Assembly: GCA_041946925.1 (NCBI GenBank)
Contig: JBHGBI010000007.1
Coordinates: 2,900 to 66,899, forward strand
Reading direction: 5' to 3'
DNA from: Syntrophales bacterium
Lineage (GTDB): Bacteria > Desulfobacterota > Syntrophia > Syntrophales > UBA4778
Length of the DNA: 64,000 bases
Position numbers and translations under genes: made by a program. This document shows positions 18,092 through 28,289 of the stretch, piece by piece (the first letter of the stretch is position 1; each line of letters opens with the position of its first letter). The notes under the pieces are model-generated. The model searched no databases. It had not been told where the DNA came from and worked only from the letters and a program-made list of their open reading frames with translations.

Positions 18092-18727
18092 TTATGTGCG
18101 GCTTGAGATCGCTTTTGAATTCAGCTTCAGAAGGTCGCAAGGGGAATCAATCAGATAATCCGGGCAGGCTCGTTTGAGCCTCTCTCTGGAATGCCAGCCC
18201 CAGGTAACCGCCACTGTATGCACTCCCGCCATTTTCGCCTCCCTTATATCGCCGGTGGTGTCGCCGACATAGTAGGTCGATTCTTTCCGAATTCCGAACA
18301 GGTCCATGGCATGGGCGATTTTGTCTATCTTGCTGAACATGAACTCATATCCGAAGATATGCTCGAAATAAGAATCGATATCCTTGAAAATAAGGCGGAT
18401 GGCGAAAGAGGAATTCGATGAAACAATAGAGAGGCGGTGGCCCTTTTTAAGTTCTATAAGGACCGGCAGCAGACTGTTATGCGGCCTGACAAGCTCATAG
18501 TTCAGGGTCGGCGCAATGCAAGCTGATGCGGCTGTAAATGCCTTTATGTCGACGCCCTTTTTCTCGATGCCTTCGTAGAAATTTTCTTCGAAAAGGGCCA
18601 GAAAATCGGTGCGGTTGCGGATAGGCTCAGCCCCGATTTTTTTCAGACACAGGTTTACGGCCGATTCGTACAGATCGAGCGAGTCGACCACAACTCCATC
18701 AAAGTCGAAAAGAAATAGTCTGTTCAT
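18092..18727 (-). CDS. HAD-superfamily hydrolase (phosphoglycolate phosphatase-like, subfamily IA)
   Basis: 211 aa with HAD motif I (LFLFDFDGVVVDS), motif II (IVSSNS) and motifs III/IV (YYVGDTTGDIREAKMAG). Confidence 0.8.
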   Translation of the reverse strand: MNRLFLFDFDGVVVDSLDLYESAVNLCLKKIGAEPIRNRTDFLALFEENFYEGIEKKGVDIKAFTAASACIAPTLNYELVRPHNSLLPVLIELKKGHRLSIVSSNSSFAIRLIFKDIDSYFEHIFGYEFMFSKIDKIAHAMDLFGIRKESTYYVGDTTGDIREAKMAGVHTVAVTWGWHSRERLKRACPDYLIDSPCDLLKLNSKAISSRT

Positions 18728-18738
18728 TCCCGATCCTC

Positions 18739-19818
18739 TCAGCTTCCTGTCTTCCTAACTTTCCCTCGTGCGGAAGCCTTCAGAAGGACCTCCCGAATGT
18801 TTTTCTTGAAGGGTTTCCTGATTATGCCCCGTTCAGTGATAATAGCTGTGATGTAACGGCTGTCTGTAACATCGAAAGCCGGATTATATACCGCCACCCC
18901 GTCCGGAGCCGTTCTGACAGACTGGAAATTAGACACTTCTTCTGCACTCCTTTCCTCTATGGGTATTTCATCCCCGCTTCCGATGGAAGCGTCAAAGGTG
19001 GAAAGGGGCGCCGCGATATAAAAGGGAATCCGGGTCTCCTTCGCCAGCACGGCCAGTGAATATGTCCCGATCTTATTGGCCGTGTCGCCGTTAGCGGCGA
19101 TGCGGTCGGCCCCCACGATCACGAGGTCGACTTTTCCCTGTTTTATAAGGAACCCGGCCATGTTGTCCGTGATAAGGGTCGTGGGTATATTGTCTTTCAT
19201 GAGTTCCCATGCCGTAAGTCGCGCCCCCTGAAGGACCGGACGGGTTTCATCGACATAAACCCGTATTTTCTTCCCCTCTTCCACGGCGGCTCTGACGACC
19301 CCAAGAGCAGTGCCGTAGCCCGCTGTTGCCAGCGCCCCGGCATTACAGTGCGTCAGGATATGATCCCCGTCATGAATAAGCCGCTTTCCCTGATCCCCGA
19401 TCCGCATGTTGATGGCGATATCTTCCTCGCCTGTTCGAATCGCCTCGGCTACGAGGACGCGCTTCAACTCCTGCACGTCAGCCCCGGCTGCAAGATTATC
19501 CTCGAAGCACTTTTTCATCCTTTCAATTGCCCAGAACAGGTTTCTGGCGGTTGGGCGGCTTGCGGAAAACTCTCCGCAAATCCCATGGAGTTTTTTTTTC
19601 AGGTCACAGGCCCTTTTCGAAGGGATTTCCCGGACGCCGAGCGCGATTCCCATGGCTGCAGCAACACCTATGGCGGGGGCACCTCTGACGGTGAGGTCTT
19701 TAATGGCGTGTATGACTTCACGGTATGTCCGGCAGGTGATATACCGCTCTTCCAGGGGCAGTGCCTTCTGGTCTATCATGACGACCGCATCGTCTTTCCA
19801 GAATATCGTCCGGATCAT
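18739..19818 (-). CDS. mtnA: S-methyl-5-thioribose-1-phosphate isomerase (eIF-2B alpha/beta/delta family)
   Basis: 359 aa. [46 protein letters not shown], plus [10 protein letters not shown] and [19 protein letters not shown], are typical of MtnA. Confidence 0.9.
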   Translation of the reverse strand: MIRTIFWKDDAVVMIDQKALPLEERYITCRTYREVIHAIKDLTVRGAPAIGVAAAMGIALGVREIPSKRACDLKKKLHGICGEFSASRPTARNLFWAIERMKKCFEDNLAAGADVQELKRVLVAEAIRTGEEDIAINMRIGDQGKRLIHDGDHILTHCNAGALATAGYGTALGVVRAAVEEGKKIRVYVDETRPVLQGARLTAWELMKDNIPTTLITDNMAGFLIKQGKVDLVIVGADRIAANGDTANKIGTYSLAVLAKETRIPFYIAAPLSTFDASIGSGDEIPIEERSAEEVSNFQSVRTAPDGVAVYNPAFDVTDSRYITAIITERGIIRKPFKKNIREVLLKASARGKVRKTGS

Positions 19819-21248
19819 AAGGCGGAAAGCATTTTCTTCAGCAATTCGTTGACCAGAGCCGGATTGGCCTTCCCGCAGGTCTCCTTCATGACCTGTCCGA
19901 CGAAAAAACCGAACAGTTTCTCTCTGCCCGCCCGGTATTGCTTAAGCTGTACCGGATTGGCCGCAATGACCCCGGCAACAACCTTCTTCAGGGCATCCTC
20001 ATCCGTAATCTGAACAAGGCCCCTCTCCTCGATGATCACCGCCGGGCTCTTCCCGGTCCGGTACATTGTTTCGAACACTTCTTTGGCTATCTTCCCACTG
20101 ATAGTCCCGTCTTCTATGAGGTTGATCATTTCCGCGAGACCTTCCGGCCGCACAAGCGATTCTTTAATGTTTTTCTTCTCCTCGTTGAGAAAGCGCAGAA
20201 AATCACCCATGATCCAGTTGCTCGCGATTTTGGGTTTTCCTGTAAGCCTGACTGTCTCTTCGTAGAAATCGGCCAGGGCTTTGGCGGATGTCAGGACCAC
20301 CGCATCGTAAGGAGGAATTCCAAAATCCCTGACGAACCTCTCCCGTCTTTCCAGGGGAAGCTCGGGAAGAGATCTTTTTATTTGCGCGATCCAGGCTTCG
20401 TCAGTAACCACAGGTACCAGATCCGGATCCGGAAAATACCGGTAGTCATGGGCCTCTTCTTTGCCCCGCATGGAAATTGTTGCACCCTGGGATTCATCCC
20501 ACAACCGGGTTTCCTGGACGATCTGTCCGCCCCCTTCCAGCACATACTGCTGTCTCTTGATCTCGTACTCGAGGGCGCGCTGGACATTCCTGAAAGAGTT
20601 CATGTTCTTCAGCTCCGTACGGGTGCCAAACGGTTCCTGTCCTTTGGGTCGGATCGATACGTTGGCATCACAGCGGAAGCTCCCCTCTTCCATATTCCCG
20701 TCGCAGATCTCCAGATATACTAGTATTTCGTGCAGCCTCCTCAGGTATGCCGATGCTTCCTCGGGGCTCCGCAAGTCAGGCTCGCTCACGATCTCTATGA
20801 GAGGCACGCCGGTTCTGTTGAAATCCACGTAGCTTGAAGGTGCGTATTCGTCATGAAGCAGCTTGCCCGCATCCTCTTCCATATGAATACGGATAATCCC
20901 GATGCGTTTCCGGGCGCCGTCTATTTCCAGATCTACATACCCTTTTTCAGCCAGAGGCTTGTCATACTGGGATATCTGGTATCCTTTGGGGAGATCCGGG
21001 TAAAAGTAGTTTTTCCGGGCGAAGACATCCTCAGAATTGATCCGGCAGTGCGTCGCGAGCGCCATCTTTATGGCAAATTCCACCACCTTCCTGTTTAGAA
21101 CGGGCAAAACCCCGGGCATGCCGAGACATATCTGGCAGGTATGGCTGTTTGGCGTGGCCCCGAATTTCGTGGAGCAGCCGCAGAATATTTTGGAATCGGT
21201 CAGCAATTGGGCATGTACTTCCAGTCCGATGACGGCTTCATATTCCAT
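19815..21248 (-). CDS. gatB: Asp-tRNA(Asn)/Glu-tRNA(Gln) amidotransferase subunit B
   Basis: 477 aa. [32 protein letters not shown]...C..CLG.PG.LPV is the canonical GatB N-terminus. It sits in a gatC-gatA-gatB arrangement. Confidence 0.95.
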   Translation of the reverse strand: MEYEAVIGLEVHAQLLTDSKIFCGCSTKFGATPNSHTCQICLGMPGVLPVLNRKVVEFAIKMALATHCRINSEDVFARKNYFYPDLPKGYQISQYDKPLAEKGYVDLEIDGARKRIGIIRIHMEEDAGKLLHDEYAPSSYVDFNRTGVPLIEIVSEPDLRSPEEASAYLRRLHEILVYLEICDGNMEEGSFRCDANVSIRPKGQEPFGTRTELKNMNSFRNVQRALEYEIKRQQYVLEGGGQIVQETRLWDESQGATISMRGKEEAHDYRYFPDPDLVPVVTDEAWIAQIKRSLPELPLERRERFVRDFGIPPYDAVVLTSAKALADFYEETVRLTGKPKIASNWIMGDFLRFLNEEKKNIKESLVRPEGLAEMINLIEDGTISGKIAKEVFETMYRTGKSPAVIIEERGLVQITDEDALKKVVAGVIAANPVQLKQYRAGREKLFGFFVGQVMKETCGKANPALVNELLKKMLSAL

Positions 21249-22705
21249 TAAAGATCAGGCCTCCTCTTCTCTAATTTCGAATGCCTTTCATAAGCCGAGG
21301 CGATCTGAATAAGTTTACCCTCCTGAAAATGACCGGCGAGGAACTGCAAACCGATGGGAAGACCCGTCCCGCTGTAACCGCACGGAACGGAGATGCCGGG
21401 TATCCCGGCCAGGTTCGCCGATATTGTAAATATATCCGATAGATACATCTGCAGGGGATCATCAGTCTTTTCTCCGACCTTGAAGGCCGGCGTGGGGGTC
21501 GTCGGAGTCACAACGACATCGCACTTCCGGAAGGCATCTTCAAAATCCCTCTTGATGAGGGTCCGTACCTGGGAGGCCTTTCTGTAATACGCGTCGTAAT
21601 AACCGGACGAGAGGGAATAAGTTCCCAGCATGATCCTTCGCTTGACTTCCGCTCCGAACCCCTCCGAACGGGTTTTCTTATACATCTCGAGGAGGTCTCT
21701 CGCATCTTTTGCTCTGTAACCGTATTTCACGCCATCGTAGCGGGCCAGATTCGAGCTCGCTTCCGCCGGCGCGATAATATAATACACGGCCAGGCAGTAT
21801 TCCGTATGGGGAAGCGATATATCCACGCATTCCGCACCGAGCGATTCGAGTACCCCGATAGCCTTCTTTACGGCGGAGAGGACCTCCGGATCGATTCCTT
21901 TGATGAAATACTCCCTTGGAATTCCAAGGGTCCAGCCAGAGATATCCTTTCCGGTAAAAGATCTGTAATCAGGCACATCGACGGGAACTGACGTGGATTC
22001 CATGGGATCGTATCCGGCGATTGCGTTCATCATAATCGCACAATCTTCCACATCTTTTGCAAAGGGCCCGATCTGATCCAGGGATGATGCGAAAGCGATC
22101 AGACCGTAACGGGAAACGCGGCCATAAGTCGGTTTCATTCCGACAACCCCGCAAAGCGCCGCCGGCTGCCTTATAGAGCCGCCGGTATCTGAGCCGATCG
22201 CGGCTATGCATTCGTCGGCAGCCACCGCAGAAGCGGAACCGCCGCTTGATCCTCCGGGGATTCTCTCAAGATCCCACGGGTTTTTTGTCAAACCGAAATA
22301 TGAAGTCTCCGTTGATGACCCCATCGCGAATTCATCCATATTTGTCTTACCCACGAAAACGGCTCCCGCGGCCTTCAATTTCTTCACTACGGTGGCATCA
22401 TAAGGAGGAATGTAGTTGTAGAGGATCCTGGAGCCGCAGGTAGTCTTTATCCCCTTTGTACACAGGATGTCTTTCAGAGCCACAGGGATTCCAGTGAGGG
22501 GCCTGATTTCTCCCCGCCGGATCGAGCCGTCGGCAACCCGTGCTTCCTCCATCGCGCTATCCTTCAGAAGCGTAATATAGGAATGGACTTTCCCTTCAAC
22601 CGCTTCGATCCTGCGGAAAACGGATTCCGTCACTTCTCGAGAGGTTATTTCACCCCTTTTGAACAGATTCTGCAATTCGTGAATGGTCAGACGATATAAC
22701 TCCAT
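21248..22705 (-). CDS. gatA: Asp-tRNA(Asn)/Glu-tRNA(Gln) amidotransferase subunit A
   Basis: 485 aa with the amidase signature ([44 protein letters not shown]). Confidence 0.95.
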   Translation of the reverse strand: MELYRLTIHELQNLFKRGEITSREVTESVFRRIEAVEGKVHSYITLLKDSAMEEARVADGSIRRGEIRPLTGIPVALKDILCTKGIKTTCGSRILYNYIPPYDATVVKKLKAAGAVFVGKTNMDEFAMGSSTETSYFGLTKNPWDLERIPGGSSGGSASAVAADECIAAIGSDTGGSIRQPAALCGVVGMKPTYGRVSRYGLIAFASSLDQIGPFAKDVEDCAIMMNAIAGYDPMESTSVPVDVPDYRSFTGKDISGWTLGIPREYFIKGIDPEVLSAVKKAIGVLESLGAECVDISLPHTEYCLAVYYIIAPAEASSNLARYDGVKYGYRAKDARDLLEMYKKTRSEGFGAEVKRRIMLGTYSLSSGYYDAYYRKASQVRTLIKRDFEDAFRKCDVVVTPTTPTPAFKVGEKTDDPLQMYLSDIFTISANLAGIPGISVPCGYSGTGLPIGLQFLAGHFQEGKLIQIASAYERHSKLEKRRPDL

Positions 22706-22747
22706 AGTCTCTCATGAAAGCTTTCTGGTTTTAAATTCGAGCCCCTT

Positions 22748-23035
22748 TCATTCGATCACCTTGGGGACTCTGAAACAATTTCCCTTCTCTTCAGGCGCAT
22801 TTGCAGTAGCCTCTTCCGGAGCGAGGGATTCCCAGACCTTGTCCTCTCTGAATGCGTTGTTCAGGGCAATGGCATGCGTCTCCGGCGTTACGCCCACGGT
22901 ATTGACGCTGTTGAGTTTCTCCATGTATCCGAGGATGCTGTTTAATTGCAATGTAAACTTCTTTTTTTCTTCTTCGGTGAAATCGAGCCTTGCCAGGTGA
23001 GCCACGTACTCGACTTCTTCTTTTGTGATCTTCAA
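22748..23035 (-). CDS. gatC: Asp-tRNA(Asn)/Glu-tRNA(Gln) amidotransferase subunit C
   Basis: I call the start at TTG 23035, with AGGAGG 9 nt upstream. This gives 95 aa, (M)KITKEEVEYVAHLARLDFTEEEKKKFTLQLNSILGYMEKL, the canonical GatC N-terminus. The ORF-track start at 23098 adds 21 non-conserved residues. Confidence 0.9.
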   Translation of the reverse strand: MKITKEEVEYVAHLARLDFTEEEKKKFTLQLNSILGYMEKLNSVNTVGVTPETHAIALNNAFREDKVWESLAPEEATANAPEEKGNCFRVPKVIE

Positions 23036-23175
23036 TTCCTGAAACCTCCTTTTATGTGAAGGCAATTGAAAAAAAGCAAAAAACATCTCCCGATTCATGC
23101 CGGGTGCATAAACAAGGCAGGGAGGCCAAGGCCTCCCGCTCGGTTCACTTTCGCCGTAATGGCGTCACAGGATTT

Positions 23176-24237
23176 TTACGAGCTCAGCGACTTCCAGAAA
23201 GGCTTGATCTGATCGATAACCGAACCCAGAATCTTGTTTATTGCAGGATTCGCCGATTCTTCCAGCCTGACAAGCTCTTCTTCCGATTTATTCGTATCGT
23301 CTCTCATTTCAGCCAGCACGGCCTTTACGGATTCCGTCAGGCCGCCCACATGATAACCGCCTTCCAGAACAACCGCGAATCTCCCCTCGCAGCATGTTTG
23401 CGCAATATTCATCAGCGCCCTTGCCAGGGTGGCAAATCCCTTCGGAGTCACTTTCATTCCTCCCAGCGGATCCTGATAATAGATATCGAAACCGGCTGAA
23501 AGGAGGACCAGTTCAGGCTTGAATTCAAGAGCTACAGGCGTCAGAACGGTTCTGAAAATTTTCAGATATTCGGCGTCACCCGGTCCTCTCGACAGGGGAA
23601 CATTGATCGTGAACCCGAGCCCTTTTCCCCTTCCTATTTCGTGCAGACTGCCGGTCCCGGGGTAAAAAGGATACTGGTGGGTGGAAAAATATATTACACG
23701 TGGATCTTCGTAGAATGAGTGCTGAGTGCCGTTGCCGTGGTGAAGGTCCCAATCTACAATCAGGATTCTCTTCAGCCCGTAATTCTTCATCGCGTACATG
23801 GCGCCGATCGCCATATTATTGAAAAGGCAGAAACCCGCCGCCCGGTTTGATTCGGCATGGTGGCCCGGAGGTCTGACAAAGGCAAAGGCGTTCCGGACAT
23901 CTTTTTTCATTACTGCGTCTACGGCATTGCAGAATCCTCCGGCCGCGAGCAGGGCGGTCTCGTAAGATTCGGGCGATGTCTCAGTATCCGGATCGAGATA
24001 AGAATGGCTCAAATTAGCCGTCCTGGCGACCAGCTCAATATATTCGGGATCATGGATCAATTGTATTTCATCAATTGATGCATGCCGGGGCTCGATTTCA
24101 ACCAGTTTCCCTTTCATTTCAGGGGATTCAAGCATTTTATAAATCGCCTCGAGGCGCTTCGGCGATTCCGGATGGAAAGAACTCGTTTCATGCTTGAGGT
24201 ACCTATAGTCTTTCACGATCCCTGTCTTTGAGGGCAC
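23176..24237 (-). CDS. Histone deacetylase-family (HDAC/AcuC/Aph-like) deacetylase
   Basis: I call the start at GTG 24237, with AGGAGGA 7 nt upstream; this gives 353 aa. The longest ORF (to 24579) would run antisense through tatA. Motifs: HPESPKRL, RPPGHHA, DWDLHHGNGTQ and GGYH. Confidence 0.85.
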   Translation of the reverse strand: MPSKTGIVKDYRYLKHETSSFHPESPKRLEAIYKMLESPEMKGKLVEIEPRHASIDEIQLIHDPEYIELVARTANLSHSYLDPDTETSPESYETALLAAGGFCNAVDAVMKKDVRNAFAFVRPPGHHAESNRAAGFCLFNNMAIGAMYAMKNYGLKRILIVDWDLHHGNGTQHSFYEDPRVIYFSTHQYPFYPGTGSLHEIGRGKGLGFTINVPLSRGPGDAEYLKIFRTVLTPVALEFKPELVLLSAGFDIYYQDPLGGMKVTPKGFATLARALMNIAQTCCEGRFAVVLEGGYHVGGLTESVKAVLAEMRDDTNKSEEELVRLEESANPAINKILGSVIDQIKPFWKSLSS

Positions 24238-24411
24238 TTGTTTTTCCTCCTGTTTGCCTGATAAAATATTCGGGCTGGAAAAATGAGTTTTTTTAACACA
24301 TAATCCATTAAAAAGCAAAAGGTTTTGCCTCCTCCGGGACGGGAAAGGAGTTGACAAACATGCAAAACCATATATATTCTCTTTTCTCGGTATATTTAAA
24401 AGGAGAGCAGA

Positions 24412-24735
24412 ATGCTTAATATCGGCATGCCCGAACTGATTGTGATTTTGATTGTCGCCATAATCGTGATCGGGCCCAAGAGGTTGCCTGACGTTGCCAA
24501 AGCCGTGGGAAAGGGTATTGCCGAATTTAAAAGAGCCATGAACGAGGTCAAGGAAGAACTGAATTTGGAAAAAATGCAATCCGATGCCGAGGAAATGAAA
24601 AATTCTCTCTTATACAGCAGGAAGCTGGAGGAAGACGAAACACAGGAATCCGGGAAAACGGAAAAAAGTCCTGATAAAAATCCCACCCCCAAAGATCCTT
24701 ATTCAGAGACGGGCTCCACGCCGGCCAAATCCTGA
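24412..24735 (+). CDS. tatA: Twin-arginine translocase TatA/TatB/TatE-family subunit
   Basis: 107 aa. [43 protein letters not shown] is the canonical TM plus amphipathic helix. It is followed by tatC. Confidence 0.85.
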   Translation: MLNIGMPELIVILIVAIIVIGPKRLPDVAKAVGKGIAEFKRAMNEVKEELNLEKMQSDAEEMKNSLLYSRKLEEDETQESGKTEKSPDKNPTPKDPYSETGSTPAKS

Positions 24736-24773
24736 ATATCAAAAACCAGGAGTCTTTCGGTCTTCTATTTCCT

Positions 24774-25544
24774 ATGAAAAATCACAAAGAAGAAAAAATG
24801 CCGATCACCGCGCATCTTGAGGAGTTGAGGAAGAGGCTTATCCGCTCGCTGATCGCTATCGGCATTGCCCTGGCCGTATGTTACAATTTCAAGGAAAAGC
24901 TGTTCGAGATTCTCACTCTTCCTCTGGTCAAGGCATTGCCCAAGCAAAGTTATATGATTTATACAAGTCTTCCAGAAGCCTTTTTCAATTACTTGAAAAT
25001 ATCGTTTTTCGCTGCGCTGGTTGTCTCCAGCCCCTATGTATTATACCAGATATGGAAATTCATATCTCCAGGACTGTATGAAACCGAAAAGAAATATATT
25101 GTTCCCTTTGTGATCACATCCACTGTGCTGTTTGTCGGAGGGGTTCTTTTCGGGTACTTTTTCGTCCTGCCTCCTGCTTTCAAATTTTTTGTGGATTTCT
25201 CAACGGATTTTTTGAAACCGATGTTCTCCATCCGGGAATATCTGTCTCTTTCCGTCAAGCTCCTTCTGGCATTCGGCGTCGTTTTCGAAATCCCTGTTTT
25301 CATTTTCTTTCTATCCAAGATCGGCGTGGTCAATTCCAGGCTGCTCTCCAAGCAGAGAAAATACGCCATATTGTTAATCTTCATTGTTGCCGCTATAATC
25401 ACGCCGACTCCCGATGCATTCACCCAGATTCTGATGGCGTTCCCGATGATGGGCCTGTATGAAATCGGTATACTGGTGGCGAAATGGGGAGAAAGAAAGC
25501 GCGCCAGGGGCAGGGAATCTGAAGAAGACCATAATGCCGTATGA
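24774..25544 (+). CDS. tatC: Twin-arginine translocase subunit TatC
   Basis: 256 aa. MPITAHLEELRKRLIRSLIAI is followed by six predicted TM segments typical of TatC. Confidence 0.92.
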   Translation: MKNHKEEKMPITAHLEELRKRLIRSLIAIGIALAVCYNFKEKLFEILTLPLVKALPKQSYMIYTSLPEAFFNYLKISFFAALVVSSPYVLYQIWKFISPGLYETEKKYIVPFVITSTVLFVGGVLFGYFFVLPPAFKFFVDFSTDFLKPMFSIREYLSLSVKLLLAFGVVFEIPVFIFFLSKIGVVNSRLLSKQRKYAILLIFIVAAIITPTPDAFTQILMAFPMMGLYEIGILVAKWGERKRARGRESEEDHNAV

Positions 25545-27988
25545 AGATCAAAAAAGTATCGCTCAATACGATAAAGAAGAAGGCGGGACGCAGTTCGATT
25601 TTCAGGAAATTCATTCTTGGCATCCTGATCCTGTTTCCATTCGTGATACTCGCGGGGGTGGTATCGCTCTATATAATGATCCGGGACCTCCCCGATATTT
25701 ATTCTCTCAAGGACTACCGGCCCAGCATCGCCACCAAGATATACGGGGATGACAATCAACTGGTTTACGAATTCTTCCTGGAAGACAGGCGGGTCATCCC
25801 GATATCGAAAGTCCCCAAACATGTGGTAAATGCATTTGTGGCGGCGGAGGATTCGCGATTTTTCGAGCACGAAGGCATTGACTTGTACGGCATCGCCAGG
25901 GCATTTCTGAAAAATCTGGAGCATGGAGCCATCGTGCAGGGGGGCAGCACGATAACCCAGCAGGTGGCCAAATCCTTTTTCCTCACGTCCGAAAGAACCT
26001 ACTCCCGGAAAATAAAAGAGATGATCCTGGCATACAGGATCAACAAGTATTTGAAAAAGTATGAAATTCTCAATCTGTACCTGAACCAGATATACCTCGG
26101 GCACGGGACTTACGGGATCGAAGCTGCATCTCAATGCTATTTCGCCAAAAGCGCTCACGAGCTCAATTTGGCCGAGGCAGCTCTCCTGGCAGGCCTTCCC
26201 AAGGCCCCCAGTAAGTACTCTCCTTTTACCAATCCTGAAAAGGCAAACCAGAGGCAAATTTACGTGCTCAACAGGATGGTCGAGGATGGATTCATCACTG
26301 AAAAGGAAAGGGAAAAGGCTCTTCAGACCCGGATCCATCTTAGCACAGTGGGGACCAGAGGGAAAATCGGTCCCTATTTTATCGAAAATGTCCGCCGTTA
26401 CATTATCGCCAATTATGGAAGCGATATTCTTTATAAAGAGGGGCTTGATATTTATACCACCATGAATGTGGACATGCAGAAAGCGGCGGAGGCGGCGGTC
26501 GAGAGGGGATTGCAGGAACTTGAAAAAAGAGAGGGCCTGAAGACTCCCTTGAAACAGGTCTCGAAGGCCAACATCGCATCTTTTCTCGAAACTGTCGACA
26601 GGGAGATCGAAAAGAAACCGCTCGAACGGGGACAGATAGTCAAGGCCCTTGTGGAATCCTACGACAGTCAGAAAAAAGTGGCGCGGTTCAGGGTGGGCAG
26701 TAGATACAGGGGCATCTCTGATCAGGAGGAGGCCGGCAAGGATCGAGGGAAATTCGACAGCGCGTCGGGGAAGACATCCCCCGCAACGTTCAAGCCGGGG
26801 GATGTGGTCTATGCAAGAATCATTGAAACCGGACCGACACTGAAATTGTCTGTCGAACAGGGCCAAACCGTGCAGGCGGCGCTCCTCTGCATGGACGCCA
26901 GAACGGGAGAAATAAAAGCAATGGTCGGTGGAAGAGATTTTCATAACAGCGAATACAACCGCGCCACCCAGGCCAGACGCCAGCCCGGGTCCGCCTTCAA
27001 ACCGATCATTTACACGGCGGCGCTGGATAAGGGGATGACCCCGGCGACTGTTATTCTGGACGCGCCGGTCGTCTTTAAAGATCCCTCCAGGAACGGAGAG
27101 TGGAAACCGCAGAATTTCGATCAGGAATTCTGGGGCCCTACAACCATTCGAAACGCGCTCGTCCATTCCAGGAATGTAGTGACAATTAAACTTCTTCAGG
27201 AAATCGGCGTTAATTACGCTGTCGACTATGCGGTCAATATGGGGATCACCTCGCCTCTTTCAAAGAACCTCTCTCTTGCGCTCGGCACGTCAGGAGTGAC
27301 AGTTCAGGAATTAGTAAGAGCGTTTGGTGTGCTCGCCAATGAAGGCAAGCGGGTGCAACCCTTCTTCATCAAGAAAATCGTGGATAGGACGGGAAATGTA
27401 TTCGAGGAGCATGGGCCTGTTGTCGAGCAGGTCATCGACCCGAAGGTGGCTTTCCTGACTACATCCATGCTTCAGGATGCCGTTCAGAGAGGAACGGGAT
27501 GGAGGGTCAAAGCCATCAACAGGCCGGTCGCGGGCAAAACGGGCACGACGGACGATCTTAAGGACGCCTGGTTTGTCGGCTATACCCCATCGCTTGTTAC
27601 CGGTGTCTGGGTGGGTTTCGATGATGGAAAACCGCTCGGTAAAAGCGAAGTAGGCGGACTTGCGGCGGCTCCTATCTGGCTTTATTTTATGGAAAAGGCC
27701 TTGCGGGACAAGCCCGTCGAGAGCTTCCCGGTTCCAGAAGGAATCGTCTCCGTGAACATCGATCCCAAGACCGGCATGCTGGCGAAACCTGGAAAGGAAG
27801 CCATAACGGAGTATTTTCTAGCGGGGACTGTACCCACCGATTATTCCCAGAATCCGATCGAAAACAGGGTCCTGAAATTTTTCCTGGGGAGCCCCGAAAA
27901 AAAACAGGACGCGGAGCCGGGGCCAGGGGCTACACAGAGCAATCCTCCCGGGAAAGAACGGCCGCAGCGCCTGCCTGCTTCGCCCTGA
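25541..27988 (+). CDS. mrcA: Class A penicillin-binding protein (PBP1A; glycosyltransferase + transpeptidase)
   Basis: 815 aa with GT51 motifs (AFVAAEDSRFFEHEGID, GGSTITQQVAK, RKIKEM), an STxK-type transpeptidase motif (RQPGSAFKP), SRN and KTGTT. Confidence 0.92.
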   Translation: MKIKKVSLNTIKKKAGRSSIFRKFILGILILFPFVILAGVVSLYIMIRDLPDIYSLKDYRPSIATKIYGDDNQLVYEFFLEDRRVIPISKVPKHVVNAFVAAEDSRFFEHEGIDLYGIARAFLKNLEHGAIVQGGSTITQQVAKSFFLTSERTYSRKIKEMILAYRINKYLKKYEILNLYLNQIYLGHGTYGIEAASQCYFAKSAHELNLAEAALLAGLPKAPSKYSPFTNPEKANQRQIYVLNRMVEDGFITEKEREKALQTRIHLSTVGTRGKIGPYFIENVRRYIIANYGSDILYKEGLDIYTTMNVDMQKAAEAAVERGLQELEKREGLKTPLKQVSKANIASFLETVDREIEKKPLERGQIVKALVESYDSQKKVARFRVGSRYRGISDQEEAGKDRGKFDSASGKTSPATFKPGDVVYARIIETGPTLKLSVEQGQTVQAALLCMDARTGEIKAMVGGRDFHNSEYNRATQARRQPGSAFKPIIYTAALDKGMTPATVILDAPVVFKDPSRNGEWKPQNFDQEFWGPTTIRNALVHSRNVVTIKLLQEIGVNYAVDYAVNMGITSPLSKNLSLALGTSGVTVQELVRAFGVLANEGKRVQPFFIKKIVDRTGNVFEEHGPVVEQVIDPKVAFLTTSMLQDAVQRGTGWRVKAINRPVAGKTGTTDDLKDAWFVGYTPSLVTGVWVGFDDGKPLGKSEVGGLAAAPIWLYFMEKALRDKPVESFPVPEGIVSVNIDPKTGMLAKPGKEAITEYFLAGTVPTDYSQNPIENRVLKFFLGSPEKKQDAEPGPGATQSNPPGKERPQRLPASP

Positions 27989-28066
27989 CGCCTTATTTCT
28001 ATCCTTAGCCTCGTACCTTTAGTTATTATCCAGCAGACCGCCGGGGAATCAAAGGCAAAAATCAGC

Positions 28067-28095
28067 TTGACTTTTGAAGAATTAATTGTTAATTC
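28067..28095 (+). promoter_or_regulatory. Candidate sigma-70-type promoter of the ilv leader
   Basis: TTGACT (28067-28072), a 17-nt spacer, then TAATTC (28090-28095). It lies ~20 nt upstream of the leader-peptide SD. The -10 match is weak. Confidence 0.3.
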
Positions 28096-28117
28096 ACAAA
28101 TCATCCAAGGGCTTTTT

Positions 28118-28183
28118 ATGAAAAAGACAGAAACCATCATCCTCGTAGTCGTTATCGTACCCTGCATTGCAGGGGCTGGGTGA
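28118..28183 (+). CDS. ilv operon leader peptide (21 aa, branched-chain-rich); not in the ORF track
   Basis: Hand translation: ATG 28118 ... TGA 28181-28183 = MKKTETIILVVVIVPCIAGAG. Residues 7-14 are eight consecutive Ile/Leu/Val. An SD-like AAGGG lies 6 nt upstream. The ORF sits between a promoter-like site and a strong terminator, directly 5' of ilvB. Confidence 0.6.
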   Translation: MKKTETIILVVVIVPCIAGAG

Positions 28184-28203
28184 TGGTTCGTCTTGCATTT
28201 TCT

Positions 28204-28241
28204 AAAAAAAACCGTTACCGGCCCCCGGTAACGGTTTTTTT
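28204..28241 (+). terminator. Rho-independent terminator / attenuator hairpin upstream of ilvB
   Basis: The sequence AAAAAAAACCGTTACCGG-CCC-CCGGTAACGGTTTTTTT forms a perfect 11-bp stem (28211-28221 / 28225-28235) with a 3-nt loop, flanked by an A-run and a 7-T run. Confidence 0.7.
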
Positions 28242-28289
28242 ATGTGCGCCCGGCAGTGTTCTCAAAACCAAAAAGAGGAGGTGTCTTTC

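Noticed and set aside
23036-23098. ATG 23098 as the gatC start.
   Set aside because: The 21 extra residues are not GatC-like. TTG 23035 with AGGAGG gives the canonical 95-aa protein.
24238-24579. An N-terminal extension of the deacetylase ORF back to 24579.
   Set aside because: The extension overlaps tatA on the opposite strand and has no HDAC similarity. An internal GTG at 24237 with an AGGAGGA SD gives a normal-length protein.
25034-27166. A 710-aa ORF on the minus strand, one of the longest in the window.
   Set aside because: It runs antisense through tatC and PBP1A, both of which have unambiguous family motifs on the plus strand. The translation is low-complexity (R/F/L/P-rich) with no recognisable motif. 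This is a typical shadow ORF.
28242-28289. ATG 28242 as the ilvB start, as given in the ORF track.
   Set aside because: This ATG sits within the T-run of the attenuator terminator and lacks an SD. TTG 28290 has GAGGAGG upstream and yields the conserved N-terminus.
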